From an uncultured delta proteobacterium (lineage in GTDB: Bacteria; Myxococcota_A; UBA9160; UBA4427), in assembly GCA_963822965.1 (NCBI GenBank), contig CAWGJT010000011.1, positions 1 to 64,000 on the forward strand: a stretch of 64,000 nucleotides of DNA. Direction: 5' to 3'. A program made the position numbers and the translations under genes. The notes under the pieces were generated by a model. That model saw only the letters and a program-made list of their open reading frames with translations, was not told the origin of the DNA and did no database searches. Shown here piece by piece: positions 30,092-40,352 of the stretch (the stretch's first letter is position 1; each line of letters starts with the position of its first letter).

Positions 30092-31490
30092 TCAGTCCGG
30101 GTGCGGCAACGTCCACAGGGGGCGCACCCGGGGCGTGACCTCGATCGGCGCGGCGCGGGCGAAGAGGCGGCCATCGGGAAGCGCGAAGAGCTCCTCGCCC
30201 TCGCGCAGGGAGACCCACAGCCACCAGCTTCCGGGCTCGACGCTGCGCGGCACCAGCAGGCTGACGGATTCGCGGATGACGTCGCCGGGCGCGTAGCCCG
30301 AGAGATCGAGGCCCTGGCCGAGGGGGCGCCGCCGGGCATGAGCCACAGGCTGCGGGTGCCGCCGTCGAGGGCGGCGACCGTCTGGGTGAGGGCCATCTCG
30401 CGGCTCACGCCTTCCGGGAGCCGGCTCTGGCGCAGGCGGTCGAGCTCGGGCCCGTAGCTGCCCCGGACGTTCAGATACATGTCGACTACCGCGACGTCGG
30501 GCCGCAGGTTCTCCACCAGCTGCGCATACACGGGCGGGTAGCCGGCGGGGCCCTGGGTGATGAGGACCGCGTGCGGGGGCAGGGAGGCCAGCGCGGCCAC
30601 CGCCTGGTCGTGGGGACCGTACTCGTCGTGGCGGTCCTGGGCGCCGAAGCTCGCGCTGAGGGCGGCGAGGGGGGCCAGCCAGACGGCGAGCTCGAGGGCG
30701 CGCGCGACCGCCGGCGCGCGCGCGTCGAGCGCCCGAAGCGCCACGGCCGCGCCGCAGCCGATCCACAGCGCCAAGATCTGACCGTGCTGGTGCTGCCCGT
30801 GGTGGCCTTCTCGCTGCTGCGCCATGCGCGTCGCTGGCTCGGCGTGGGCGAGGTGCTGCGCCTCGTGGGGCTCGGGGCGGCGCCCCTCTGCCTCTATGCC
30901 TACCTGCCCATCGTGGCCTCGAGCGATCCGCTGGTGAACAGCCAGACGCGCGGGTCGTCGCCCGCCGTGACCGTCTCTTCGAAGCGCAGCCAGAGCCAGA
31001 GGATCGCCGCCGAGAAGGCGATGTGGAGCGCGTAGACCTCCACGACGTTGGCCTGGGCGAAGAAGCCCGGCGAGAAGCCGAACACGCCGGCGGCCAGCCA
31101 GCCACAGCTGGCCCGGCCGCTGAGGCGCCGGCTCACGGCCGCGATGACACCCACCGCCACGGCCGCCGTCACCGCCGTCAGGAGATTCAGTCGCCACGCC
31201 GGATCGCCGCCGGCGAGCAGGCCGATCGTCTGGCTCCAGGCGTGTCCCAGCAGCATGAAGAGCGGGTAGCCGGTGGGGTGGGGCACGCCGAGGGTGATGG
31301 CCGCGGCGGAGAGCTCGGGGCTGTCGAGGATGGAGACCGTCGGGGCCAGGGTCGCCGCGTAGACGCCGAGGGCGGCGGTACCCGCCGCGACGGGAAGCCC
31401 CCGCGCGACGGCCAGGGACAGGGGGATCCTGCGCGCCTGCGTCCTGGCAGGCGCGTCCCCGGCCCGGGGCTCGGCCAGGTCCACCGTCAC
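30092..31490 (-). pseudogene. DUF2723 (TMEM260-like O-mannosyltransferase family) gene disrupted by internal inversion and deletions
   Basis: DSPEL..LGVPHPTGYPLF and EVYAL on - strand; TVLVLP...YAYLPIVASSDPLVN on + strand (30777-30940); LRPDV and PGDVIRE parts on - strand in different frames. Confidence 0.8.
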
Positions 31491-31578
31491 GGCATTCGCT
31501 CGAAGCGCACGGATCCCGAATCGGCTCTTCGTGGGCCGAGCTTGACGCGGGGTCACGCGGCACCCCACCATGCCACTC

Positions 31579-32928
31579 ATGGATCCCGAGAGGACCCGGA
31601 GCTACCCGTTCGTCGGCCCGCCCGGGGCCACCCCCTTCTCGATCTCGCGCGCCGAGGGGGTCTGGCTCTACACCCCGGACGCCTCGCAGCCCTCGGGCGA
31701 GCGCGCGATCCTCGACGCCGCCGGCGGCGCCATCGTCTCGAACATCGGCCACGGCCGCACCGAGCCCGGCCTGGCCTTCGCCAAGGCCTCGGCCGCGGTC
31801 ACCTACGCGGTGCCGCCGTTCGCCACCGAGGAGCGGGTCGAGCTCGTCGAGCGCCTGCGCGCGGCCTGGCTGCCGTCCGAGCTCACGCGCGCGGTCTTCA
31901 CGAGCGGCGGCTCCGAATCGGTGGACGCCGCCTTGCGGCTGGCCCGGCAGCATCACGTCTCGTCGGGCCGCCCCGGACGCTGGAAGGTGATCGGCCGGGA
32001 TCTGTCGTACCACGGTGTCACCCTGGCGACGCTGGCGGTGGGCGGTCACGTCAAGCGCCGCAAGGGCTTCGAGCCCTGGCTCCCCGACCTGCCGAAGGCG
32101 CCGGCCTGCTACTGCCTTCGCTGCCCCCTCGGACGCCGCTACCCGAGCTGCGAGGTGGCGTGTGCCACGGCGCTCGAGGAGATCGTCGAGCGGGAAGGCG
32201 CGGACACCATCGCGGCGTTCATCGCCGAGCCGATCGGGGGCTCGACGGCCGGCGCGCTCGATCCGCCCGACGAGTACTGGCCGGCGGTGACGGAGGTCTG
32301 TCGTCGCCACGGAATCCTCGTGATTGCCGATGAGGTCATGACCGGCTTCGGGCGGACCGGACGCCCGATGGCGGTGGACCACTGGGGCGTGCAGCCGGAC
32401 ATCCTGGTGGGCGGCAAGGGGCTGACCGGCGGGTACGCGCCCATGGGCGGCATCTTCGCGCGAGAGGAGGTGGTCGCTCCCATCGCCCGCCGTGGCGACG
32501 AGCTGATGTTCTTCACGTACTCCGCGCATCCGGCCTCGTGCGCCGTCGCGAGCAGCGTGCTTCGCATCCTCGAGGAAGAGAAGCTCGTCGAGCGTGCGGC
32601 CGAGATGGGCCAGCGGCTGCGGGCCCGTCTCGCGGGCCTGGCGTCGCACCCCCACGTGGCGGAGGTGCGCGGTCGCGGTCTGCTGCAGGCCGTCGAGATC
32701 GTGAAGAACCGGGACACCCTCGAGCCCTTCCCCGCGGAGGCGCGTGTGACCGCGAAGGTGGTGGCTGCCGGACTGGCGGAAGGCGTGTTCTTCTACCCCG
32801 GCGGCTGCGATCCGGCCCGGGACGTGATCACCCTCGGGCCGCCCTTCGTGATCGGCGACGCCGAGATCGATCGCATCGCCACGAGTCTCGAGAGCGCGAT
32901 CGACAGCGCGGTCTCGCGCCTCGGGTGA
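31579..32928 (+). CDS. Class III PLP-dependent aminotransferase (alternative start 31570)
   Basis: SGGSESVD, SYHG, FIAEPIGG, ADEVMTGFGRTG, PDILVGGKGL. Confidence 0.93.
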   Translation: MDPERTRSYPFVGPPGATPFSISRAEGVWLYTPDASQPSGERAILDAAGGAIVSNIGHGRTEPGLAFAKASAAVTYAVPPFATEERVELVERLRAAWLPSELTRAVFTSGGSESVDAALRLARQHHVSSGRPGRWKVIGRDLSYHGVTLATLAVGGHVKRRKGFEPWLPDLPKAPACYCLRCPLGRRYPSCEVACATALEEIVEREGADTIAAFIAEPIGGSTAGALDPPDEYWPAVTEVCRRHGILVIADEVMTGFGRTGRPMAVDHWGVQPDILVGGKGLTGGYAPMGGIFAREEVVAPIARRGDELMFFTYSAHPASCAVASSVLRILEEEKLVERAAEMGQRLRARLAGLASHPHVAEVRGRGLLQAVEIVKNRDTLEPFPAEARVTAKVVAAGLAEGVFFYPGGCDPARDVITLGPPFVIGDAEIDRIATSLESAIDSAVSRLG

Positions 32929-33518
32929 CGGCCTCCGTGGCCGCCGTCGTGCTCGCCGCCGGCGGCGCGAGCCGGATGGGGCGGGCCAAGCAGCTGCTGC
33001 GATACCGCGGGGAGAGCCTCGTCCGGCGCGCCGCCCGCGCGGCGGTCGACGCCCGCTGCCGTCCCGTCGTCGTCGTCACCGGGGCCGCCGCGGAGGCGAT
33101 CGAGGCCGAGCTGCGGGGTCTCGCCGTGCGTACGGTGCGCAACGCGGCCTGGGCCGAAGGCCTGGGAGGCTCGATCGCAAGAGGCGTGGACGAGGTGCTG
33201 CGCGAAGGCGCCCCCGACGGCGTGCTGCTGCTGCTGGCCGACCAGCCACACGCGTCGGCGGAGGTGCTGGGCGGACTGCTGGCGGCCTTCGACGGGGCGC
33301 CGCACTCCCTGGTGGCCTCGGGCTACGAGGGCACGGCGGGGGTGCCGGCGCTCTTCGGCGCGAGCTACCTCGAGCCGCTGCGGCGCCTCTCCGGAGATCG
33401 CGGCGCTCGCTCCCTCTTTCGCGAGGCCGGCGACGCTCTGCGCGTCGTGCCCTTCCCCGACGGAGCCGTGGACATCGACACGCCCGCGGACTACGACCGT
33501 CTCTGTGCGGACCCATGA
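32925..33518 (+). CDS. mocA: Nucleotidyltransferase, MocA (Moco cytidylyltransferase) family
   Basis: VLAAGGASRMGRAKQLL, LADQP, GVPALF, GDRGAR, DIDTPADY. Confidence 0.82.
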   Translation: MTASVAAVVLAAGGASRMGRAKQLLRYRGESLVRRAARAAVDARCRPVVVVTGAAAEAIEAELRGLAVRTVRNAAWAEGLGGSIARGVDEVLREGAPDGVLLLLADQPHASAEVLGGLLAAFDGAPHSLVASGYEGTAGVPALFGASYLEPLRRLSGDRGARSLFREAGDALRVVPFPDGAVDIDTPADYDRLCADP

Positions 33519-33568
33519 GCCCGAAAGCCCTGAGAAGCGGGTGAATCGGGTGAAGCGGGTCGGGAAGG

Positions 33569-34093
33569 CTACTGGAAGTAGTAGATCACGCCGGCGTTGC
33601 CGAGCAGGACGTGGTTGCTGTGCTTCGCGCCCGCGAAGCCGACGCCGCCGCGGAAGCCCCACTGGTCGGTCATGAAGAAGGTCAGGCCGAGATCGACGCG
33701 ACCCATGAAGAGGAACGGGTGGTTCGGGCGTCCGCCCATGAGGCCGGCCCCCACCTTGGCCCAGGGCTGGAGGCGCGTCTCGGGCAGGAACACCCACTTG
33801 AGGTTGTAGCTGGCGAGGCTCGTCTTCGAGTAGCTCTGGAACTCGTACTGGGCCTCCATCGCCAGGTGCGGCGTCACGTGACCGCCGATGACCGCTCCGA
33901 CGCCGCCCGACCCGTCGTCCCCGCCGTCGCTGCCGTTGATCTTGAAGTACGCGCCCGCACCGTAGAGCTCGACGTACCCCGCACCCTCCTTGTCGAAGTA
34001 GTACTCGGGCTCTTCGTCGTCGTCCTGCGCCTTGGCGCCGACGGCGGACAGCAGAACCAGGACGGCGCCGAGGGCCAGAACTCGTCCGATCAT
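33569..34093 (-). CDS. Small outer-membrane beta-barrel protein
   Basis: Signal peptide ending AKA, amphipathic strands, QPWAKVGAG, C-terminal YYFQ; extended -10 TGTTAAGAT at 34173-34181. Confidence 0.75.
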   Translation of the reverse strand: MIGRVLALGAVLVLLSAVGAKAQDDDEEPEYYFDKEGAGYVELYGAGAYFKINGSDGGDDGSGGVGAVIGGHVTPHLAMEAQYEFQSYSKTSLASYNLKWVFLPETRLQPWAKVGAGLMGGRPNHPFLFMGRVDLGLTFFMTDQWGFRGGVGFAGAKHSNHVLLGNAGVIYYFQ

Positions 34094-34354
34094 CGATGGT
34101 CCCTTCTCCGTTTTCGCGCGGTCTCGTGCGGGCGTTCTGCGGCCCTTCGCCGGCGTGCCGCGATGCCCGCGCATCTTAACAGGAACCCGCTTCGCGTTGG
34201 GGAAAAAACTGCCGAAGCGGTTACTTACGCCGCGATCTGCGGGGCTCGCCGCGCCGGACGGCGGGAGTGGCCGCCTGCCGGCGCCGAGGGAATTTCCCAT
34301 CTGATTCTGGGTGCCTATGCGGTGCGCGGGCGGGGCACGAGCGGGCGTCCCGAG

Positions 34355-35125
34355 CTACCACGTGAAGGGCACGAGGGCCCGGCGTTCCCGGGGATAGTCC
34401 GGGAACCGCTCCCGGTACCAGCGCTGGTGGGCACGCGCGCGCGGCACCAGGTTCGCGACGGTCAGGGCCAGGAAGGCGAGCCCGGCCCCGGACCACGTCG
34501 CCATCGCCCAGCCCGCCCACTGCACGATCTCGCCGAGGTAGTTCGGGCTCGATACCCAGCGGTAGAGGCCGCCGGTGGGAATGCGATAGCCGGTCTCCCC
34601 GGGGCGCCGAAGCGAGCGCAGGATCGCGTCCGACTGCAGGTTGACCGCGGCGCCCGCGACGAAGAGCCCCGCTCCCAGGACGAAGCGGGGATCGGCGAGC
34701 CATGCGGCGTCGTACTCGACGGCCTGGCCGAGGGCCAGGCCGTTGATGGTTCCGTTCAGGCAGTTGACGCATAGCGCCACGAAGGCCGAGAGCATCGGCG
34801 TGCGCTTGCCGCTGCTTCGCATGCGCACCGGATAGACGAGGGCCCGGTGGACGTAGTGGGCCGCGAAGGCCAGCACGAGCAGCAGCGAGACCGGCTCCCC
34901 GGCATGGCGACCCTGCGCGTACGCCCACACGCACGTGATGCCGGCCGGCAGCTCCATCCCCATCCAGGCCAGCCAGGCGGGCAGCGTCGGGCCCCAGCGT
35001 TCGGAGGTGTGGCGGCCGCCGTAGGGAACCGTGATCCAGAACAGCAACGGCAGGGCGACGCCTGCGATCGCGAGCTCCGCGAGCACTCCCCAGCGGTAGA
35101 CGAGGTCGAGGTTCATCGGATCCAT
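34355..35125 (-). CDS. 3-oxo-5-alpha-steroid 4-dehydrogenase (steroid 5-alpha-reductase family)
   Basis: PYGGRH, WMGMELP, HYVHRALVYP, YRIPTGGLYRWVSSPNYLGEIVQW, NLVPRA..H.RWY. Confidence 0.9.
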   Translation of the reverse strand: MDPMNLDLVYRWGVLAELAIAGVALPLLFWITVPYGGRHTSERWGPTLPAWLAWMGMELPAGITCVWAYAQGRHAGEPVSLLLVLAFAAHYVHRALVYPVRMRSSGKRTPMLSAFVALCVNCLNGTINGLALGQAVEYDAAWLADPRFVLGAGLFVAGAAVNLQSDAILRSLRRPGETGYRIPTGGLYRWVSSPNYLGEIVQWAGWAMATWSGAGLAFLALTVANLVPRARAHQRWYRERFPDYPRERRALVPFTW

Positions 35126-35224
35126 GGCGAGGTGACGCGAGAGGCTATCGCAGGCGGAGAGCCGGGGTGCGGCTTGCGTCGCGGAGGCAGCCAGTGTACT
35201 CCGTCGCCCACGATGGGAGGCGTC

Positions 35225-36414
35225 ATGACGCAGAGCAGCCCGGGTCCCGACTCCACCGCCGGGGCTCGCTGGCGTGGGGGGCGGGGCTTCTTCCCGCTCG
35301 CGCTGGCGAGCGCGTTGCTTGCGGCTGCCGCTGGCGGCCTTTCGTGCGGCGGCGCTTCGGAGCCGCCGCCGCGACCGAGCGCGAATGACGGGCTCGTCTA
35401 CGTGCTGCCGCGAGAGGGCGGTGGTGTCGACGTCGCGCAGGTTCGAATCTCCGACGGCGCGGTGCGCTTGCTGACCGACTCGTCCGACAAGCTCGAGGAG
35501 AACCCGCGCTGGGTGTCTTCGATGCAGCAGGTCCTCTATACCGAACGTCCCGCCGACGATCCGATCCGCGCGGCGAGCCTGATGCTGCGCGACCCGGAGA
35601 CCGGAAGGACGTTCTCCGCCTCGCGTCTGGTCGATCATCGCGAGATGGGAGCGGTGGTATCGGCCGATGGCCGGCGCGTCGCCTACCTGTTCGAGTCGCC
35701 GCCCGGCCTGATGCCCCCGCGCGGCGTGAAGCTGCTCGTCCCGATGGCGACGCGCGACCTGACCCTGGCTATCCCGCCGCCCCGGGGTCTGTTCCTGTTG
35801 CCGGACATCGCGCCGGATGGCAGCCGGGTCGTCGTCCAGGTGCACTACGCGAACCGAGGCGACGACATCTGGTTGCTGCTTCCCGACATCACCTCGGAGT
35901 CGTTGGTGTCGAACCCGCGCTGGAACGATCTGGCGCCCCGCTTCACGCGCGGCGGCGGCTCGGTCTTCTTCTCGCGCTCGCTGGTCGAGACGCCGCCCAG
36001 CGCCGCAAGCGCCGGAGAGAGGGAGCACCGGAGCCGCTGGGAGGTGGAGACGTCTGCAAGGTGCACATCGAGACCCGGCGCGTGGACTGCGTGCTCGCGA
36101 GCCCGGACGCCCGCGAGCACGGCGTGGCGCCGTCGCCGACCCGGGACGAGATCGTCTTCATTCGCCAGAAGGACGGGGGGACGGACCTCTATCTCGCCAG
36201 CGCCGAAGGAGAGGACGTGCGTCCGCTCACGCACGAGCCGCAGCGGGACGAGCGGGATCCGCACTGGTCGCCGGACGGCGAGCGTGTGGCCTTCACGGCG
36301 GGCCCCCCGGAGAGCTCGGTGGTGGTGGTGGTGGACCGCACGGGTCAGGTCCTGCTCGAGACCGCGGGGCACTCCGCCGACTGGGCGCCGCCGCTCTTCG
36401 ACGCGGCGCCGTGA
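35225..36414 (+). pseudogene. TolB-like PD40 beta-propeller lipoprotein with one frameshift (~35998)
   Basis: Lipobox GLSC; repeats SADGRRVAY, APDGSRV, PHWSPDGERVAF spread over two frames. Confidence 0.7.
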
Positions 36415-36444
36415 TCCGCCCGCCACGGGCCAGGGCGTTCTTCT

Positions 36445-36473
36445 CGCAATTTTCCGCCCGCCCGCTCGTATCT
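36445..36473 (+). promoter_or_regulatory. Putative ECF promoter CGCAAT-N16-CGTA upstream of the ECF sigma gene
   Basis: Resembles the SigW/SigV-type TG(A/C)AAC-N16-CGT(A/C) pattern; ECF genes are usually autoregulated. Confidence 0.45.
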
Positions 36474-36665
36474 CCCTCGAGGGCCCTGTTCGGCCCGGGA
36501 GGAGAGCAGCGCTTGATCTGGACCGAAGCGGATCCGGGCTGGGCGCCGGCCTGCGCCGGGCAGGTCGTGGCTTCCTCCACCGTTCCCAGGCGAGGCTCCC
36601 GAGGCACGGATAGGCTTCCCCGGTCCGGGGCATCCGACGACGAGCGGACGGGACGGAGGACAGCC

Positions 36666-37259
36666 GTGGGGGACGAGGCCGCGGGAGGTCCCCGGCCGGG
36701 GGTGGACGAGCTGGCGGCCTTCGACCGGGCCTTCGCCTCGCACGAGGCCGACGTGGCCCGCGTTTGCAGCCGTCTGCTGGGGACGCGCGAGGACGCGCGA
36801 GACGCGTCCCACGAGATCTTTCTCCGCGCCCGTCGCTCGCTGCCGACCTACGACCCCGCGCGGCCGCTGCGGCCGTGGCTGCTGCGCATCGCAGGCAACT
36901 ACTGCATCGACCTGCTTCGCCGGCGGGCGCACGAGCAGCGCGTCTTCGCCCAGCTCGATCCCGAGGACGTGGCGCCCCTCGAGACGTCGCCTGCGCACGA
37001 CGGAATCTCGCCGCTCTCGCGGGTCCTGGCGCTCGAGCAGCGTGAAGCGCTCGCGCGGGCGATCGGCGAGCTTCCCCTCCAGTACCGTCTGCCCCTCGTG
37101 CTGCGCTACTTCAGCGAGCTCGACTACGCGGCCATCGGCGAGGCCCTCGACCTTCCGCCCGGGCAGGTGGGCTCACTCCTGTTTCGTGCCAAGCGCATGC
37201 TGCGGGACGCGGTCGGCGAGCCCGCGGCCGCGCGGCGGCGTCGGAGGAGCCGGCGATGA
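36666..37259 (+). CDS. ECF RNA polymerase sigma factor
   Basis: DARDASHEIFL, WLLRIAGNYCIDLLRRR (region 2), LP..YR..LVLRY..LDY..I..L.....V.S.LFRAK (region 4); GGAGGA RBS. Confidence 0.92.
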   Translation: MGDEAAGGPRPGVDELAAFDRAFASHEADVARVCSRLLGTREDARDASHEIFLRARRSLPTYDPARPLRPWLLRIAGNYCIDLLRRRAHEQRVFAQLDPEDVAPLETSPAHDGISPLSRVLALEQREALARAIGELPLQYRLPLVLRYFSELDYAAIGEALDLPPGQVGSLLFRAKRMLRDAVGEPAAARRRRRSRR

Positions 37260-38899
37260 GCTGTCTCCCCGAGTACACCTGCGCGCTCTACGTCGACCGC
37301 GAGCTGCCGCCGGACGCGGTGCGCGAGGTCGAGGCCCATCTGATCCATTGCCAGCGCTGCCGGCGCACGATCCTCGCCCTGCAGGAGGAAGCGGGCCTGC
37401 TCACCGTGCTCCTGCAGGAGCCGGATGCCGCGCCCGCCCGCCGCGCGCCCCCGCGCGCCCGCGCGCGCGGCCTCGCAATGGGCCTCGGCCCGAGCCTCGT
37501 CGTGGCCGGTCTCGTCGCGACGGTCGCCGGCTGGCTGGTCGATCAACGTCCCCCGGGATTCTCGTGGATGAATCCGTTCGACTTCATTGGAGCCTACGAA
37601 ATGGCCTTCGACGCGATCTTCATGCTCCGCGACGCGGCACCGGCGATCTTCGACCTCGGGATCGCCGTGGGCGCGACCACGGGGTTGGCGGCGCTGCTGA
37701 CTTTCGTGGGGACCGCCCTGCTGCGCCGGGCGACGGGCACCCGGGCGGCCGTGGCGCTGCTGGCGGCCGCAACGGCCTCGCTCGTGCTTCCGGCCACACG
37801 GGGCGAGGCCCTGGACCTGCGCTGGGACCAGCCGAGCGTCGAGATCACCCGCTCCGAGGCGCTCGACGACAACCTCGTCGCGTCGGCGGAGACGGTCGAG
37901 GTGGACGGAACGGTGCGGGGAGACGTCGTTGCGATGGCGGATCGGGTGACGATCCGCGGTGTGGTCGTGGGCAACGTGTTTGCGTTCGGCCGCGAGGTCC
38001 TGGTCACGGGACGCATCGACGGCTCGCTGCACATGGCGTGCGAGCGCTGCAGCCTGGAGGGCGAGGTCACCCGGAGCCTCTACGCCGCCGGCGAGAACGT
38101 CTCCATCACCGAGACCGGACGGGTGGGCCGAGACGTCTATCTGTTCGGGGAGGGGCTGCGCATGGACGGGCGGGGAGGGCGCGACCTGTTCGCGGGAGGC
38201 GAGTGGGTGGAGGTCCGCGGCGAGCTGGGGCGCTCGGTCCATACCCACAGCGAGCGGGTGGCCGTCTTCGACGATGCGCGGATCGGCCGGGACCTCGTGA
38301 TCTCGATCCCCGAGAACGGCGAGTCCGAGGTCGCGCCCGCGGCGACCATCGGGGGTGACGTCAGCGAGTCGGTCATCGAGCACGCCATGCGCGCCCACGG
38401 TCACGGCTGGACCGATGCCGGCTTCTACCTGCGCGCGCTCGTCTTCGTCGTTTCGGCCTTCCTGGTGGGGATGCTGCTCCACGCGTTGATGCCCGTCGTC
38501 TTCTTCGGGCAGATGGAGACGTCCGGCGAGTTCCTGCGCTGCCTCGGCTACGGGTTCGTGGCCCTGATCGTGACGCCCGTGGTGCTCGTCCTGTGCGCCG
38601 TCACGGTGGTCGGCATCCCCATCGCGATCCTCGGGGGCTTCGTCTACCTGACGTTCCTCTTCGTCTCGGCGATCGTGGTGGCGGCCCTGGTGGGCGCTGC
38701 CATCACGGGCACCGATCCGGAGAGCACCCACGGCTTCGGAATCGCGCTGCTGGTCGGCCTGATCCTGGTGGCGGCCGCAGGAAACCTGCCCTTCGTCGGC
38801 GGGTTGCTGCGGCTGTTGATCGCGCTCGCCGGCATGGGGCTGCTCGTCACCACGGCCTGGGAGTCCTGGCGGGAGCGGCGAAGCGCACGCTATGCGTGA
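37256..38899 (+). CDS. Zinc-binding anti-sigma factor fused to a bactofilin-like beta-helix and a C-terminal multi-TM domain
   Basis: HLIHCQRC (HxxxCxxC); repeats VDGTVRGDV, IRGVVVGNV, VTGRIDGSL; ATGA coupling to the sigma gene. Confidence 0.8.
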   Translation: MSCLPEYTCALYVDRELPPDAVREVEAHLIHCQRCRRTILALQEEAGLLTVLLQEPDAAPARRAPPRARARGLAMGLGPSLVVAGLVATVAGWLVDQRPPGFSWMNPFDFIGAYEMAFDAIFMLRDAAPAIFDLGIAVGATTGLAALLTFVGTALLRRATGTRAAVALLAAATASLVLPATRGEALDLRWDQPSVEITRSEALDDNLVASAETVEVDGTVRGDVVAMADRVTIRGVVVGNVFAFGREVLVTGRIDGSLHMACERCSLEGEVTRSLYAAGENVSITETGRVGRDVYLFGEGLRMDGRGGRDLFAGGEWVEVRGELGRSVHTHSERVAVFDDARIGRDLVISIPENGESEVAPAATIGGDVSESVIEHAMRAHGHGWTDAGFYLRALVFVVSAFLVGMLLHALMPVVFFGQMETSGEFLRCLGYGFVALIVTPVVLVLCAVTVVGIPIAILGGFVYLTFLFVSAIVVAALVGAAITGTDPESTHGFGIALLVGLILVAAAGNLPFVGGLLRLLIALAGMGLLVTTAWESWRERRSARYA

Positions 38900-40308
38900 C
38901 GCAAACCCCGTTCCGTCGCCACCTCGAAGTACTGCAGGATGCCCGGGGTCGGCCGTCCCGCGTCGTCGCGCGCCTGGGTGATGCCGAGGCCGAGGCCGCT
39001 GCTGATGGTCTGGGTGAAACGGCCTTCGAGGCCCAGCAGGTCGTCCGGCATGTTCGGACCGTCGTCGACGATGGACATGCGGACGCGGGGCGGATCGACG
39101 AGGCGCTGCGCGCGCATCACGACCGTCCGGCCGGACGCCAGGGACACGATGCAGTTACGGGCTGCCGCGGTCACCGCCGAGGTGATCGCGGTGCGGTCGG
39201 CCAGAATCCGCGGAAGCGCGTCGTCGACCTCGACGTGGAGATGGATGCCGCGCTCGGCGGCGAGCTGCTCCACGAGCGCCGCCGCCGTCCGGAGCACCAC
39301 GGAGACCGCCGTGGGCTCGAACTTCATCTGCCCCCGCTCCATCAGGCCGAGGGCCTCCTTCACGCTGTCCTCACAGGAGGCCACCACGCCCCGGAGGCGA
39401 TCCGCGACCGCGGGCGCGATGTCGTCCGAGGCGAGCGCCTCCTCCGCCCCGTCGCGGACGAGCGTCACGAAGTTCCGCAGGATGGTGCGCCCGTCTTCCA
39501 GGAGCCGGAGCTCGTGCGATCGGTTGCGTCGGTGGGACCGCGAAGTCTTGCCGCCCCGCGTGTCGGCGGCGGAGAGGTCGCCGTTGCCCCTCGAGCCCGT
39601 TGCCTCGAGCCGGCCGTCCGGTTCGACGACTTCGACGTAGTGGTCGACCCGTCCGCCCGCGTAGCGACCGGTCGGGATCGGCCGACTCGTGTACTCGATC
39701 CCGCGCGGCCCCGGCTCGACCGCTCCCGCGAATCGGCACTGGAAGCGCTCGGGATAGCTGTTCGTATCGTAGGCGCCGAGCACGCGCTGCGAGAAGCGCT
39801 CCGGCTCCTCGAACAGGTGGCGGATGCGCTCGCGGATGAGCGAGCGCATGTCGCACCCGAGGACCTCGTCTCGCGCGAGCGCGAGGCAGCGAAGCAGGGA
39901 GGGGTTGGCCCAGACCGTGCGGAAGGCGGCGTCGATGACGACGATTCCCTCGTCCCACGCGCCGAGCACGCCGTCGGCAATGCCCCGAAGCTCATCGGCT
40001 TCCGCGCGCGCTTCGCCGAGATCGACCTCGAGCTGCGTGATGCGCTCGGTGAGAGCGTGTAGGGTCTTCGGAAGCTGGAGCGGGTGGGTGCGAGCGTCGG
40101 GGGGCAGCTTCCAGTACTTGCGTCCGCTGCGAAAGATCGGCTCGAGATCGGGAAAGCGTTCGCGCAGAGCGCTCAGCATCCGCTCAGCGGTTCGACGACT
40201 CACTTCGAAGCGTTCGGCGATCTCGTCGATGGACAGCCCGCTGACAGTCGTTTGAAGAGTTCCCGTCAGCTCGACGAGGTCTGCGGCCCGGTGGTATCTG
40301 ACCCCCAA
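38890..40308 (-). CDS. WYL/DriD-type wHTH + PAS + degenerate histidine-kinase domain regulator
   Basis: GLSIDEIAERFEVSRRTAERML HTH; DEGIVVID...WANP PAS; ILADR, RNC, DDGPNM, GLGL kinase remnants; TTG start with GGAGGA RBS. Confidence 0.75.
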   Translation of the reverse strand: MGVRYHRAADLVELTGTLQTTVSGLSIDEIAERFEVSRRTAERMLSALRERFPDLEPIFRSGRKYWKLPPDARTHPLQLPKTLHALTERITQLEVDLGEARAEADELRGIADGVLGAWDEGIVVIDAAFRTVWANPSLLRCLALARDEVLGCDMRSLIRERIRHLFEEPERFSQRVLGAYDTNSYPERFQCRFAGAVEPGPRGIEYTSRPIPTGRYAGGRVDHYVEVVEPDGRLEATGSRGNGDLSAADTRGGKTSRSHRRNRSHELRLLEDGRTILRNFVTLVRDGAEEALASDDIAPAVADRLRGVVASCEDSVKEALGLMERGQMKFEPTAVSVVLRTAAALVEQLAAERGIHLHVEVDDALPRILADRTAITSAVTAAARNCIVSLASGRTVVMRAQRLVDPPRVRMSIVDDGPNMPDDLLGLEGRFTQTISSGLGLGITQARDDAGRPTPGILQYFEVATERGLRHA

Positions 40309-40352
40309 CTCCAATCCTCCTGGACCCCAGGGTTTACCCCGATTGCGAGCCC

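Noticed and set aside
33534..33560. Short 9-bp repeat (GAA(G/T)CGGGT x3) between convergent genes
   Set aside because: Too short to support a function
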